From a virus: a DNA stretch of 64,000 nt. The DNA is taken from positions 55,933-119,932 of the IMG/VR virus record IMGVR_UViG_3300035698_025127; one strand, written 5' to 3'. Each line of letters starts with the position of its first letter. Position 1 is the first letter of the stretch. Of this stretch, positions 50,275-58,831 are shown piece by piece. The position numbers were made by a program, and so were the translations under genes. The notes under the pieces are model-generated. The model did no database searches, was not told the DNA's origin, and was given only the letters and a program-made list of their open reading frames with translations.

Positions 50275-50796
50275 ATGTTAATTTATGCATATCGAAACAG
50301 CTTGACCAATAAAATACTCTTTTCTGGTTATTCGCCAGTTAATGGGTTTAAACGCGTGTCCCCGGGTTTACCACTCATTGGGGCAAAAAGATTTGGAAAT
50401 TCCCACCTTAATCATATATTAGACTTTCTAATTCGATATAACACATATTGTAATTATTTGACAGATAACGAACTAATAAATTATTTTGTAGAAAACCATA
50501 CTTATGTATGTGGCCCCGATGTTAGGTCATATAATAGAAATTCTTTGGAAATTATACTTATGGAAATAAAGGCCGGCCGTGTTCTGCCGCCTTCAGAGGG
50601 AGGAGATATGCAATTTCGAGATAGTTCGCCTCTTGTTAAATCATACCGAATTTTACATTATATTCGTATACTGTTACAACAAATAATGGGCTCGGATAGA
50701 CATGAATGCATTAAAGTACGCTATATAAACGACGATACCAAAGAAGGATGGGTAATTATTCGTAAAAATAAAAGTGGCAATGCATTTAATGAATAA
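50275..50796 (+). CDS. paralogue-array protein
   Basis: MLIYAYR; ILDFLIRYNTY...TDNELINYF. Confidence 0.6.
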   Translation: MLIYAYRNSLTNKILFSGYSPVNGFKRVSPGLPLIGAKRFGNSHLNHILDFLIRYNTYCNYLTDNELINYFVENHTYVCGPDVRSYNRNSLEIILMEIKAGRVLPPSEGGDMQFRDSSPLVKSYRILHYIRILLQQIMGSDRHECIKVRYINDDTKEGWVIIRKNKSGNAFNE

Positions 50797-51223
50797 TTTT
50801 TACTATATAAAAAGATTTGAAGACGGCAGCATGAGTAGGCCCGAACAACATCGCCCTGACAGTTTTAATCAACAAGTGGGTTTATATCTATTTACAATAG
50901 AAAAAATACCCATAATCCACTGTTTTTATGCTGATGCTGATTTTGATACTGGTGATGAAAGAGCCTCTTGTGCTTTTCTGGAATTGCTAACATGGATAGA
51001 ACTCACAATGTCATTCTCTAATCCTCGAGTGCAGATGACTTTTCTTGTCCATAAAATCGGTTTTGATAGGCATTGTATTGTTAGGATACTAGAGGCCTTA
51101 TTTCCCGGTCAAAATAGTATAGCCCTTGAATCACTTGAATATGCAAAAGATCGCAGCGGCATATCAAATGACCTCGCCAATGCATTAAATGATTTTAAAC
51201 AAATAATTGAAAAGCGAAGTTAA
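50789..51223 (+). CDS. paralogue-array protein
   Basis: FYYIK..DGS; FLELLTWIELT...QMTFL...RILEALFP. Confidence 0.65.
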   Translation: MNNFYYIKRFEDGSMSRPEQHRPDSFNQQVGLYLFTIEKIPIIHCFYADADFDTGDERASCAFLELLTWIELTMSFSNPRVQMTFLVHKIGFDRHCIVRILEALFPGQNSIALESLEYAKDRSGISNDLANALNDFKQIIEKRS

Positions 51224-51225
51224 AA

Positions 51226-51729
51226 ATGCTAATATATATATATAGAAGAACCAATAGCGAAATATTTGTTTCAAAAAGTCAGCCACACGTTCTTACATCG
51301 TCGTCAAAAACAAAATTTGTTTGTTCAATCCCATATATCTCAAAAATAACTCATAGTGGCATGTCACAAATATTAATCTTTTTGATATGGTACGAATTAT
51401 TAAGAAATACCTGTACTGATTATGAAATTATTAATATGTTTACCAGAATAATTGATACTATACCCGACCACGACAAAAATTTTACCCAATTCACCCTAGG
51501 ACAAATAATTTATAACATAAAAAACCCTCACCCCCCTCACAGAATTTATTCGAAACAAGAGACGCTCGAAAGTATAAAATTTAATAAATCATATTGCTAT
51601 TTAGACTTTACTAATATAACTTTAAGACAAGTATACGGGCTCGAAAGGAATGGGGTGCCGTTTATTCATAAAGGCGAAAATTATCTCTGGCAGGTAGGGT
51701 TTACGGAATATCCACACTATAGCGTATAA
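51226..51729 (+). CDS. paralogue-array protein
   Basis: MLIYIYR; ILIFLIWYELL...TDYEIINMF. Confidence 0.6.
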   Translation: MLIYIYRRTNSEIFVSKSQPHVLTSSSKTKFVCSIPYISKITHSGMSQILIFLIWYELLRNTCTDYEIINMFTRIIDTIPDHDKNFTQFTLGQIIYNIKNPHPPHRIYSKQETLESIKFNKSYCYLDFTNITLRQVYGLERNGVPFIHKGENYLWQVGFTEYPHYSV

Positions 51730-51734
51730 AATAC

Positions 51735-51784
51735 TTGACATATTGCAAGTTTTATGCTATTATAGTTTCATAATGAGTTGTTTA
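51735..51784 (+). promoter_or_regulatory. promoter plus CATAATGAGTTGTTTA leader
   Basis: TTGACA-17-TATTAT. Confidence 0.7.
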
Positions 51785-51811
51785 ATGTAATAATTGTGAA
51801 AAGGCACTTAA

Positions 51812-52153
51812 ATGCATTATGTTTGGTTAAAAAACGACAGAATTCAATTAAATCATAGTAATTCTATAAGGCCGCCTAATTCTGTTCTTCTTGTTAAATC
51901 AACAGAAAGCATTTCGAGAAATGATATTCTTTTTCAGGTTCTTACATATTTCGAGTGTCTTTTTGGTAATTTTTCACAAAAACAAATTACCCGTTTTTTT
52001 GATGAAACTTCGGGATATCACAAAACATTTATAACTAATGCATTATTGCCAAGTGTTCTGGGCCGTGTTCGCGAAGGGGTATTACTTACTTCAAAATATG
52101 ACAACAATATATTAGTAAAAGCAAGGCTTGAAATAGAAAGGTATCTGGGATAA
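51812..52153 (+). CDS. paralogue-array protein
   Basis: LFQVLTYFECL..NFSQKQITRFF. Confidence 0.6.
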   Translation: MHYVWLKNDRIQLNHSNSIRPPNSVLLVKSTESISRNDILFQVLTYFECLFGNFSQKQITRFFDETSGYHKTFITNALLPSVLGRVREGVLLTSKYDNNILVKARLEIERYLG

Positions 52154-52162
52154 TGTTGATAT

Positions 52163-52555
52163 TTGTTGATAAAAAAACCAATAACATTGGGTTTTCAAGT
52201 TATTCTGGGGTTTGGGCAAGACCCATCATATCCCAAGCTCGAATGGCCTGCAATTCAAGGTACTGATATAAAAGACCAAGATGATATAGCTATAAAAATA
52301 ATACTTGTATTAAGCTTTTATGAATTTATTAGTGAACATTTTCCCGAAGAAATGGCACTTCGTTCACTAAAATGTAATCATGATGAGCATTTTGTCTATA
52401 AAGTATTTTCACTTATAGATGACAGTTTGGCAGAACGTTTCATGTATAACAATGAAGTCGGATGTGAGTCTAATCGCGAAATAAGATTTTCAGCTTCTAA
52501 CCAAGTAAAGTTATTAAAAATAATAAGAAAAATAATGAGGAATTTATCATTATGA
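52163..52555 (+). CDS. paralogue-array protein
   Basis: WP; IILVLSFYEFISEHFPEE; IDDSLAERF. Confidence 0.6.
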   Translation: MLIKKPITLGFQVILGFGQDPSYPKLEWPAIQGTDIKDQDDIAIKIILVLSFYEFISEHFPEEMALRSLKCNHDEHFVYKVFSLIDDSLAERFMYNNEVGCESNREIRFSASNQVKLLKIIRKIMRNLSL

Positions 52556-52920
52556 GCAAAATATATTTATCGAAAAATAACAGGATTCATGTACGAATGA
52601 AGCCAACAAATATATGTGGCCCCGTATTCGATTGGCCCCATCTTCGCATTATTGGCTGTCTAGCAACAGAATGGACATTTCACATTTTAAGAGGCTATGA
52701 ATTTATTAGTAAAAAATTTTCTGAGGAATGTGCCTTTCATTTTTTAACACGCACGTATGGATTTTTCCAGTCGGCGAAAATCTTCACGATTGTTGATATG
52801 AATGTTGCTCATAGATTTAGTTTGTTTCACAACGCGCAATTACCCATACTTGTACTTGGAAACAAAGATTTAAAAATTCAAGCTATAATTAAAGACATTA
52901 GGATGAATTTAAATGCATAA
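52552..52920 (+). CDS. paralogue-array protein
   Basis: WP; FHILRGYEFISKKFSEE; VDMNVAHRF. Confidence 0.62.
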   Translation: MSKIYLSKNNRIHVRMKPTNICGPVFDWPHLRIIGCLATEWTFHILRGYEFISKKFSEECAFHFLTRTYGFFQSAKIFTIVDMNVAHRFSLFHNAQLPILVLGNKDLKIQAIIKDIRMNLNA

Positions 52921-53350
52921 ACGTATGAGAGCATATGCAAGACACAACCCCCATACCAACCGGGACGAAATTCATTTTGGGAGACACGATGACAAAGAAC
53001 CGAACCATCGGATCCCCGGCACTCCCATAGTTGATTGGGTTAAATTTCGCATTAGTACAAATTCGTGTACTTGCGAACATACATTAAAATTGCTTATGTT
53101 TTACGACATACTAATTAGTAATTTCCCTGAATACTTGGTATTTGAAAGTATATATCTTAATATTGGATTTAAATACGCATTTTCTATTTTAGGACCTCTT
53201 TCCCGTATTGATTCATCTATTGCCTGTAGATTCTTCGATACAACTCAAGGTAAACACATGTTAGAAAGTTATGACCCTTATGATATTTTGCCGGGCTATT
53301 CCCATTATATAAGAAATATTATACAAGATATAGAAAACAGAATATTATGA
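52913..53350 (+). CDS. paralogue-array protein
   Basis: LKLLMFYDILISNFPE; IDSSIACRF. Confidence 0.62.
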   Translation: MHKRMRAYARHNPHTNRDEIHFGRHDDKEPNHRIPGTPIVDWVKFRISTNSCTCEHTLKLLMFYDILISNFPEYLVFESIYLNIGFKYAFSILGPLSRIDSSIACRFFDTTQGKHMLESYDPYDILPGYSHYIRNIIQDIENRIL

Positions 53351-53766
53351 TGTATTATTATGTTTTGAATACAAATGGCAATCTTAAAGTGAGTGCAACA
53401 AAACCGCCGATATCAGAAAATTATGTGACATTGCCTGTAAGGCTAAACCGTGCCAATTTAATAAAAAATATCGAAACAAAGCAAGCACGGCGTATTGCCG
53501 GAAAATCTCCAGATAATGATAATACCTGGCAAATGGTTATATTATTACTTGCATGTTCCGACTTATTAGGTGATAATTTTTCGCTGGAAAACATTGCTAA
53601 TTATCTAAATAAAGAGTGTTGTTTAAGAAATAGTTTTGTCGAAATGATAATAAAAACAGCATTACAAGAGGAATATATAGTAAAAGCGGATATACAATGT
53701 GAATTTGACATAAAATGGCAGAATAAAATTATGGAACAAGTTGCTCGAATAGAGGAAAATATTTAA
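53347..53766 (+). CDS. paralogue-array protein
   Basis: YYYVL; VILLLACSDLL.DNFSLENIANYL. Confidence 0.6.
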   Translation: MMYYYVLNTNGNLKVSATKPPISENYVTLPVRLNRANLIKNIETKQARRIAGKSPDNDNTWQMVILLLACSDLLGDNFSLENIANYLNKECCLRNSFVEMIIKTALQEEYIVKADIQCEFDIKWQNKIMEQVARIEENI

Positions 53767-54055
53767 TGTATTATTGCTATATTCTAATTAGGAGCAAACA
53801 AAATATATCGAAGTCCCAACTGGTAATATCTGTATTGCCTTGTGGGAATTGTGATGATGGTGCTTGCCCATGCAGCAGTGTATAAAATGCTCAATAATGG
53901 GCCACAAATAGCCCTTGTGGCCACGAGTACTGTATTAGGCATACTATCACCATGTCGGCCCTGGCTGGCGCCCCGACCTGTTTTGTATTTGCCATTACTC
54001 AGTGCAAATTGATGGGACACGTTTTTGATAATACGGATACAGACGAATTTTTTTC

Positions 54056-54084
54056 TTGACAAATGACAAGAAATATAGTATACT
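54056..54084 (+). promoter_or_regulatory. sigma70-type promoter
   Basis: TTGACA-17-TATACT. Confidence 0.75.
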
Positions 54085-54129
54085 GTTTTTTAGACCTAAA
54101 CAATAACTAGAAAGAAGAAATATTTCATT

Positions 54130-54882
54130 ATGAAACAAAAAGTGGAAACTATTAAAAGCAGAATTGATTATCTTCGGAAACTCAATCTTCTGGCGGCGAA
54201 AAATGTCAAAACTATTAAATCCATCGGAATTAATATCCTGAAGACGGGCCGCGAACTGATTGCAGAATATCCCAAAGACAATGATGTTGTTGTTTCCGGT
54301 CGTAATATTATCGGCGAAGCAAATCGTCAATTTCTCCGAAAACGCAGTGCAGCCCCCGGGGGTCGCGCCATTGCTCTGGCTTATGCATTCACCCGCGGGA
54401 AACGATATAAAACAGTAGAGCCCAATACTGCCCAAATGGGCGTTGTTGCCCTGTCCGTTTCCATTGCCAGACTTGTTGGCGCCACTCCGGAATGTATCGT
54501 ATTCTGGTTTGAAAGTGATAAAAACATGTACGAAATTATTCCGTTTGAACATCAGCTTACACAATTCAAGCAACTTGCCGTCAAAATTGAAACTGCTCAG
54601 GTTAAATTTGAGGTCACAAAACGTACATGGAAAAAAGCAAAGAAAAAATCTGAAGAAGATGAGGGTAACGAAGAATTAAAATCGCAGAAAAAGAAAAGTT
54701 ACAAAAAATATCAAAACGCAAAATATAAGTTGGAACAACTTGTTGCAAATTATTTAAGAGCAGATATGGTTACCCCCGATTCTCTTTTCTCAGAATCTGA
54801 ACCGGTTGACAAAGTTGCTCAAAAAGCAAAGGCAAAAGTTATTGACAGCTTAGTAACAAGAAATACAAAGGTTGCAAAGTAA
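54130..54882 (+). CDS. phage hypothetical protein
   Basis: LAYAFTRGKRY..VE motif, Lys-rich coiled coil. Confidence 0.7.
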   Translation: MKQKVETIKSRIDYLRKLNLLAAKNVKTIKSIGINILKTGRELIAEYPKDNDVVVSGRNIIGEANRQFLRKRSAAPGGRAIALAYAFTRGKRYKTVEPNTAQMGVVALSVSIARLVGATPECIVFWFESDKNMYEIIPFEHQLTQFKQLAVKIETAQVKFEVTKRTWKKAKKKSEEDEGNEELKSQKKKSYKKYQNAKYKLEQLVANYLRADMVTPDSLFSESEPVDKVAQKAKAKVIDSLVTRNTKVAK

Positions 54883-55139
54883 TGTCACACTCGATCAAAC
54901 AAGTCAAAAAAGACAAATGGCAGATTTTTGGGCACAAACACGAATCTATTGTACAGTCTTATATTGTTATTGAAGACGATTACTGCCGAATTAGTATTAT
55001 CGGCGGCAATCCAAAGCAGAAAAAGGATGTGAGGTGCGAATTAGATAAAAGTTCTGTCATTAGAGGCTATCTATCATATATTATGTATGCAATTCGCAAG
55101 CTCAATGATATGGAAAAAAAACTTGACAAAACAGGATAA
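54882..55139 (+). CDS. hypothetical protein
   Basis: 85 aa, coupled. Confidence 0.55.
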   Translation: MSHSIKQVKKDKWQIFGHKHESIVQSYIVIEDDYCRISIIGGNPKQKKDVRCELDKSSVIRGYLSYIMYAIRKLNDMEKKLDKTG

Positions 55140-55146
55140 AACAAAA

Positions 55147-56139
55147 ATGATTGTGAGACTGTCCCCCAAAACTCTGCGGTCCTACTGTATGAGAGAAGAT
55201 TTTATTGCAAAATATATTGAAACTTTTGGCAATACACAATATATTTTCCCTTGGGATATTGCTTCTCAATGTTTTTTTCTATCTTCTTCTTTCCCGGATA
55301 TGATGGCAAAACTGCAATTACCTTTCCTGCCCATGGAGAAAACGAATTTAAGAGGGCTGCAAATTTACAATACTATCCTTAAAAAAATTAGAATTACAAA
55401 GTCAAGTTTGGAAAATTCGAGTTTTAGAGAATGTACTTTGCAAAAAGCTGTCTTTAAAAATTCCAACATGGAAAATGTAGACATGCAGAATGCCAACATA
55501 ACTAATGCAATTTTTGATAACACCAATCTTGAAATGTCAAATTTTGATGAAGTAGAAGCCGACAACTCCGAATTTGATTTTTCAAATATTCGGTATGCCA
55601 GTCTTCATGCAGGCGGGTTTAACAATGCATCGTTTAGAAATTGCGATATTTCTTTTTCTGACCTTGGAAACGCAGTAGCTAATCGGTCAACTTTTGTAAA
55701 GTCATATATTAATAATAGTTCGTTTATAGGGACAAAACTTAATAATTTATGTATGCTAAATACCGATGCTGCTCAAAGTAATTTTGAACGTGCTTTCATT
55801 CTGGATGGCAACATAAAACAATCGTATTTCAAAAATGCTGATTTTTCATTCTCAACGTGTAACAGAATTTATTTTCAAGGTTGTGTTCTTCGAGGCGCTT
55901 CTTTTGAATCAGCTACTCTTAATGGGGCGAAATTTGAAAATGTAAATTTTCGTGATGCCAATTTTAATAAAGCTATATTGCGGCGTGCTATTTTCAAAAA
56001 CGAGGATTTAAAGAATGCAGATTTTTCAGGTGCTGACTTACAATATGCAGATTTTAGCGGTGCAGACCTACGCAAGGTAATTTTTAACAGAACAAATCTC
56101 GCAGGTCTCCAATACAATAAATCCACTAAATGGTGGTAA
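55147..56139 (+). CDS. pentapeptide repeat protein (start uncertain)
   Basis: long A(D/N)(F/L)xx repeats (ADFSG ADLQY ADFSG ADLRK). Confidence 0.88.
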   Translation: MIVRLSPKTLRSYCMREDFIAKYIETFGNTQYIFPWDIASQCFFLSSSFPDMMAKLQLPFLPMEKTNLRGLQIYNTILKKIRITKSSLENSSFRECTLQKAVFKNSNMENVDMQNANITNAIFDNTNLEMSNFDEVEADNSEFDFSNIRYASLHAGGFNNASFRNCDISFSDLGNAVANRSTFVKSYINNSSFIGTKLNNLCMLNTDAAQSNFERAFILDGNIKQSYFKNADFSFSTCNRIYFQGCVLRGASFESATLNGAKFENVNFRDANFNKAILRRAIFKNEDLKNADFSGADLQYADFSGADLRKVIFNRTNLAGLQYNKSTKWW

Positions 56140-56251
56140 AGCCGACTTACTTTTAGCTTCTAAAATACAAATGTTACATTATAATATATGAAAAAGAACC
56201 AAAGGCAAAAAGGACACTGAATAAAAAAAATCTTTTTTTGATGTTTTTTTC

Positions 56252-56304
56252 TTGACATTTTTTTTTCTTGTGGTATAGTTAGTCCAAGATTGATTGACAA
56301 ACTA
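56252..56304 (+). promoter_or_regulatory. promoter (16-bp spacer) plus GATTGATTGACAAACTA leader
   Basis: TTGACA-16-TATAGT. Confidence 0.8.
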
Positions 56305-56322
56305 CCTGAAAGGAACTGACAA

Positions 56323-57321
56323 ATGAACGACATTGCAAAAAAAATTATCCCTTATACCTCCAACCTGATGGAAGATTTAACTTTCGGTGTTGAGCTTGAA
56401 ATTTGTCTCCCCCGCAGTGCTAACCTTCGCGACATGATGAAGGATGCCGGCATCCCAAGAAACAAATTTAATTCCACTGCAGATTATAGCAGCCAGGACT
56501 ATGATATATGGCAGGCCAAAAACGATTGCAGCCTGTCTTGTTCCTCCGGCTTTTTCAATATCGAAATTGTAAGCCCCGTCCTTTCCGGTACTGCTGACAT
56601 TGAACTTGTCAAAAAAGTTATCGTATCCATCAAAAAATTCGGCGGTGAAGTTAATGAAACTTGCGGCGTTCATATCCATATCGGTTTTGACGGTCTTGTC
56701 AAACCCGGCAAGTCATTTAACGCGCCGGAACGCACCGCCCTTGTAAACAACCTTGCAGACATTACAGCGGAATTTGATCAGTCTCTTATGCTCATGGTTG
56801 AGCGGGACCGCTGGAGTCAGGCTTGCTGCAGACGCTACAAAGACTATTCGGAACACGAGACTTACGATATGAATCATCAACGCAGTAAACTTGCCTCCAG
56901 AGATTGTGCAGTTGCTTTCGGTTCTCACTCTCAGATTATCAACGCGAAACGTTTCCTGTCTAACTTCGAAAACAAACGAACCATTGAATTTCGCCTCTTG
57001 GAAGGCTGCCTTGACGAAAACAAAGTTGCTGCTTGGATCTGGTTCTGCCAGCGGTTTCTCCATCGTGCATTTAGCACCAAAGTTCGCGCAATCGGCCGCA
57101 CTCGCAAATTTACTGACCTTCTGAGCTTCCTGCGCTGTGACCGTGCCGACGAAAAACGCGGTTTTGATCGCAACGAAACTACCAAGGGTTATGTGGACTG
57201 CCTTCGCAAACTTGCCAAAAAACACAACAGTAGCAAAACCCCTTATTATCGCGCACATTGCAACTTCCACAACTATGTGCGCCCGCCCAAAGCAATGATA
57301 ATCAAAAATCTTGCAGCATAA
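56323..57321 (+). CDS. amidoligase (COOH-NH2 ligase, glutamine synthetase fold)
   Basis: TFGVELE, W....DCSL, EIVSPVL, CGVHIH, TIEFR. Confidence 0.85.
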   Translation: MNDIAKKIIPYTSNLMEDLTFGVELEICLPRSANLRDMMKDAGIPRNKFNSTADYSSQDYDIWQAKNDCSLSCSSGFFNIEIVSPVLSGTADIELVKKVIVSIKKFGGEVNETCGVHIHIGFDGLVKPGKSFNAPERTALVNNLADITAEFDQSLMLMVERDRWSQACCRRYKDYSEHETYDMNHQRSKLASRDCAVAFGSHSQIINAKRFLSNFENKRTIEFRLLEGCLDENKVAAWIWFCQRFLHRAFSTKVRAIGRTRKFTDLLSFLRCDRADEKRGFDRNETTKGYVDCLRKLAKKHNSSKTPYYRAHCNFHNYVRPPKAMIIKNLAA

Positions 57322-57327
57322 AAAATA

Positions 57328-57339
57328 GGGCTTCGGCCC
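57328..57339 (+). other. cUUCGg tetraloop hairpin before an RBS
   Basis: GGGC-TTCG-GCCC, no U-tract. Confidence 0.55.
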
Positions 57340-57359
57340 CACCTTAACGGAGAAAAAAA

Positions 57360-57614
57360 ATGACAAACGCAACTACCAACCCTGAAATCATTTGCGCCGA
57401 AACAGTTAATGCGGACGTAACCGAATACAGTGTACGCCTTGACGGCAAGGATTATGGGTCTATGTACCAAAAAAATAATATGTGGTCATACGATCTTGAC
57501 GCATTAAATGGCAAAACCAGCATAGTCCGCGTATTTGACAATCCTCTGGACGCCGCAAATGACACTATCCGGATCACCAACAAATTAAACGATGTATTCC
57601 ATTTCATGGTCTAA
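57360..57614 (+). CDS. hypothetical protein
   Basis: GGAG SD. Confidence 0.6.
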   Translation: MTNATTNPEIICAETVNADVTEYSVRLDGKDYGSMYQKNNMWSYDLDALNGKTSIVRVFDNPLDAANDTIRITNKLNDVFHFMV

Positions 57615-57622
57615 CCCCCCAC

Positions 57623-57638
57623 AGGGGCTTCAGCCCCT
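57623..57638 (+). other. related hairpin before an RBS
   Basis: AGGGGC-TTCA-GCCCCT then aacaaggag. Confidence 0.55.
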
Positions 57639-57654
57639 AACAAGGAGAATGACT

Positions 57655-57819
57655 ATGGAATATAAGAAATTGGGTTCATGTTGCGAAGCGTCACGGAATC
57701 GAGGTGATCCCATGATCCCAATATTCTCAGATGAAAAAGCGGTAAAACAGTGGGCAAGACGGGTATTTGACCCTTTTTTCTTGACATGTCGAAAATTTTA
57801 TGTTATGGTATATCCATAA
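57655..57819 (+). CDS. small hypothetical protein
   Basis: AGGAG SD; 3' end overlaps the next promoter. Confidence 0.4.
   Translation: MEYKKLGSCCEASRNRGDPMIPIFSDEKAVKQWARRVFDPFFLTCRKFYVMVYP
57781..57809 (+). promoter_or_regulatory. sigma70-type promoter
   Basis: TTGACA-17-TATGGT with extended TG. Confidence 0.6.
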
Positions 57820-57853
57820 CTTATAAACCTGTGATAATTTAACGGAGAAAATT

Positions 57854-58831
57854 TTGACAACATACTGGCAAGACTATACGCCCAATTTTATGGAAGATGT
57901 TGGGTTTGGTATTGAAATTGAATGTTTTATTCCGGACACAACAACAAAACGGGCTGTTCTGGAAAACGCAGGCATTGCGCCTGAAGATATTCATGACCGC
58001 TATGGCAATTACAATAAGTGGCAACTCGAAACCGATTGTAGTTTGAATTCAAAAAGAGGTTTTCTTAACACCGAATTTGTAAGCCCCGTCTTGCACGGTC
58101 AAGAAGGTCTCGAACTTGTTCGTAAGGTAATCCGCTCCATTAAAGAATCTGGCGGAGTTGTAACTAAAAGGTGTGGAATTCATGTCCATTATGGGTTCAA
58201 AGATTTTTTAAACCCCGGCATCGACACACCAATTAAAACTTCAGAGCGGGTGAAAATTTCGAACAATGTTGCAAACATGTTTACCGAATTTGACCAGTCA
58301 TTTATGCTTATTGTTGCTAAGCATCGTAGCGAAGACTGTCATTATTGTACACGCAAAAAAGACTATTGCGAAGCGGATGGCAAAAGGGCCATTGATAACG
58401 CACAAAAACACTTTGAAAGTGACCGGTATGTTGCGGCCCATACTTCTCACGGCTGGGCCCTGAACCTCTATGCCCTTACTAATTGGTCTTGTACCCGTCC
58501 AACTGTTGAATTTCGTCTCCTGGAAAACTGTCTTGATGAAGACAAAATCGTCACATGGATCTGGCTTTGCCAAAGGTTTCTCCACCGGGCTCTTACCCAT
58601 TCCACAAAGAAGTGCACTCGTACCCGCAAATTTTCAGAACTGATCAAATTTTTGGATTGCACATACAGCAATAAAAATAGAAATGAACAGACCGCCGGAT
58701 TTGTAAATTATTTAAACAGAATGGCAAAAAAGCGTAGTTCAAGAGAACATCCATACAATGTTCCCCATTGCCATTTTGCAAACTATATCCGCCCCAAGAA
58801 ATTCCGAACCATTAGAAGCGAAAGTTGTTAA
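57854..58831 (+). CDS. amidoligase paralogue 2
   Basis: GFGIEIE, W..ETDCSL, EFVSPVL, CGIHVH, ALNL, TVEFR. Confidence 0.85.
   Translation: MTTYWQDYTPNFMEDVGFGIEIECFIPDTTTKRAVLENAGIAPEDIHDRYGNYNKWQLETDCSLNSKRGFLNTEFVSPVLHGQEGLELVRKVIRSIKESGGVVTKRCGIHVHYGFKDFLNPGIDTPIKTSERVKISNNVANMFTEFDQSFMLIVAKHRSEDCHYCTRKKDYCEADGKRAIDNAQKHFESDRYVAAHTSHGWALNLYALTNWSCTRPTVEFRLLENCLDEDKIVTWIWLCQRFLHRALTHSTKKCTRTRKFSELIKFLDCTYSNKNRNEQTAGFVNYLNRMAKKRSSREHPYNVPHCHFANYIRPKKFRTIRSESC

Noticed and set aside
42730-53766. Diversity-generating retroelement as the source of the array
   Set aside because: No reverse transcriptase and no near-identical TR/VR pair seen; divergence is spread over whole proteins.
53766-54050. 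Possible ncRNA or Cys-rich gene after the array
   Set aside because: Only short broken frames and no convincing structure; probably a decayed gene.
18628-57372. Long antisense or alternate-frame ORFs (18628..19491, 31305..31952, 36990..37490, 40763..41308, 53995..54573, 56713..57372)
   Set aside because: They shadow well-supported genes or cross terminators, and lack an RBS and recognisable motifs.
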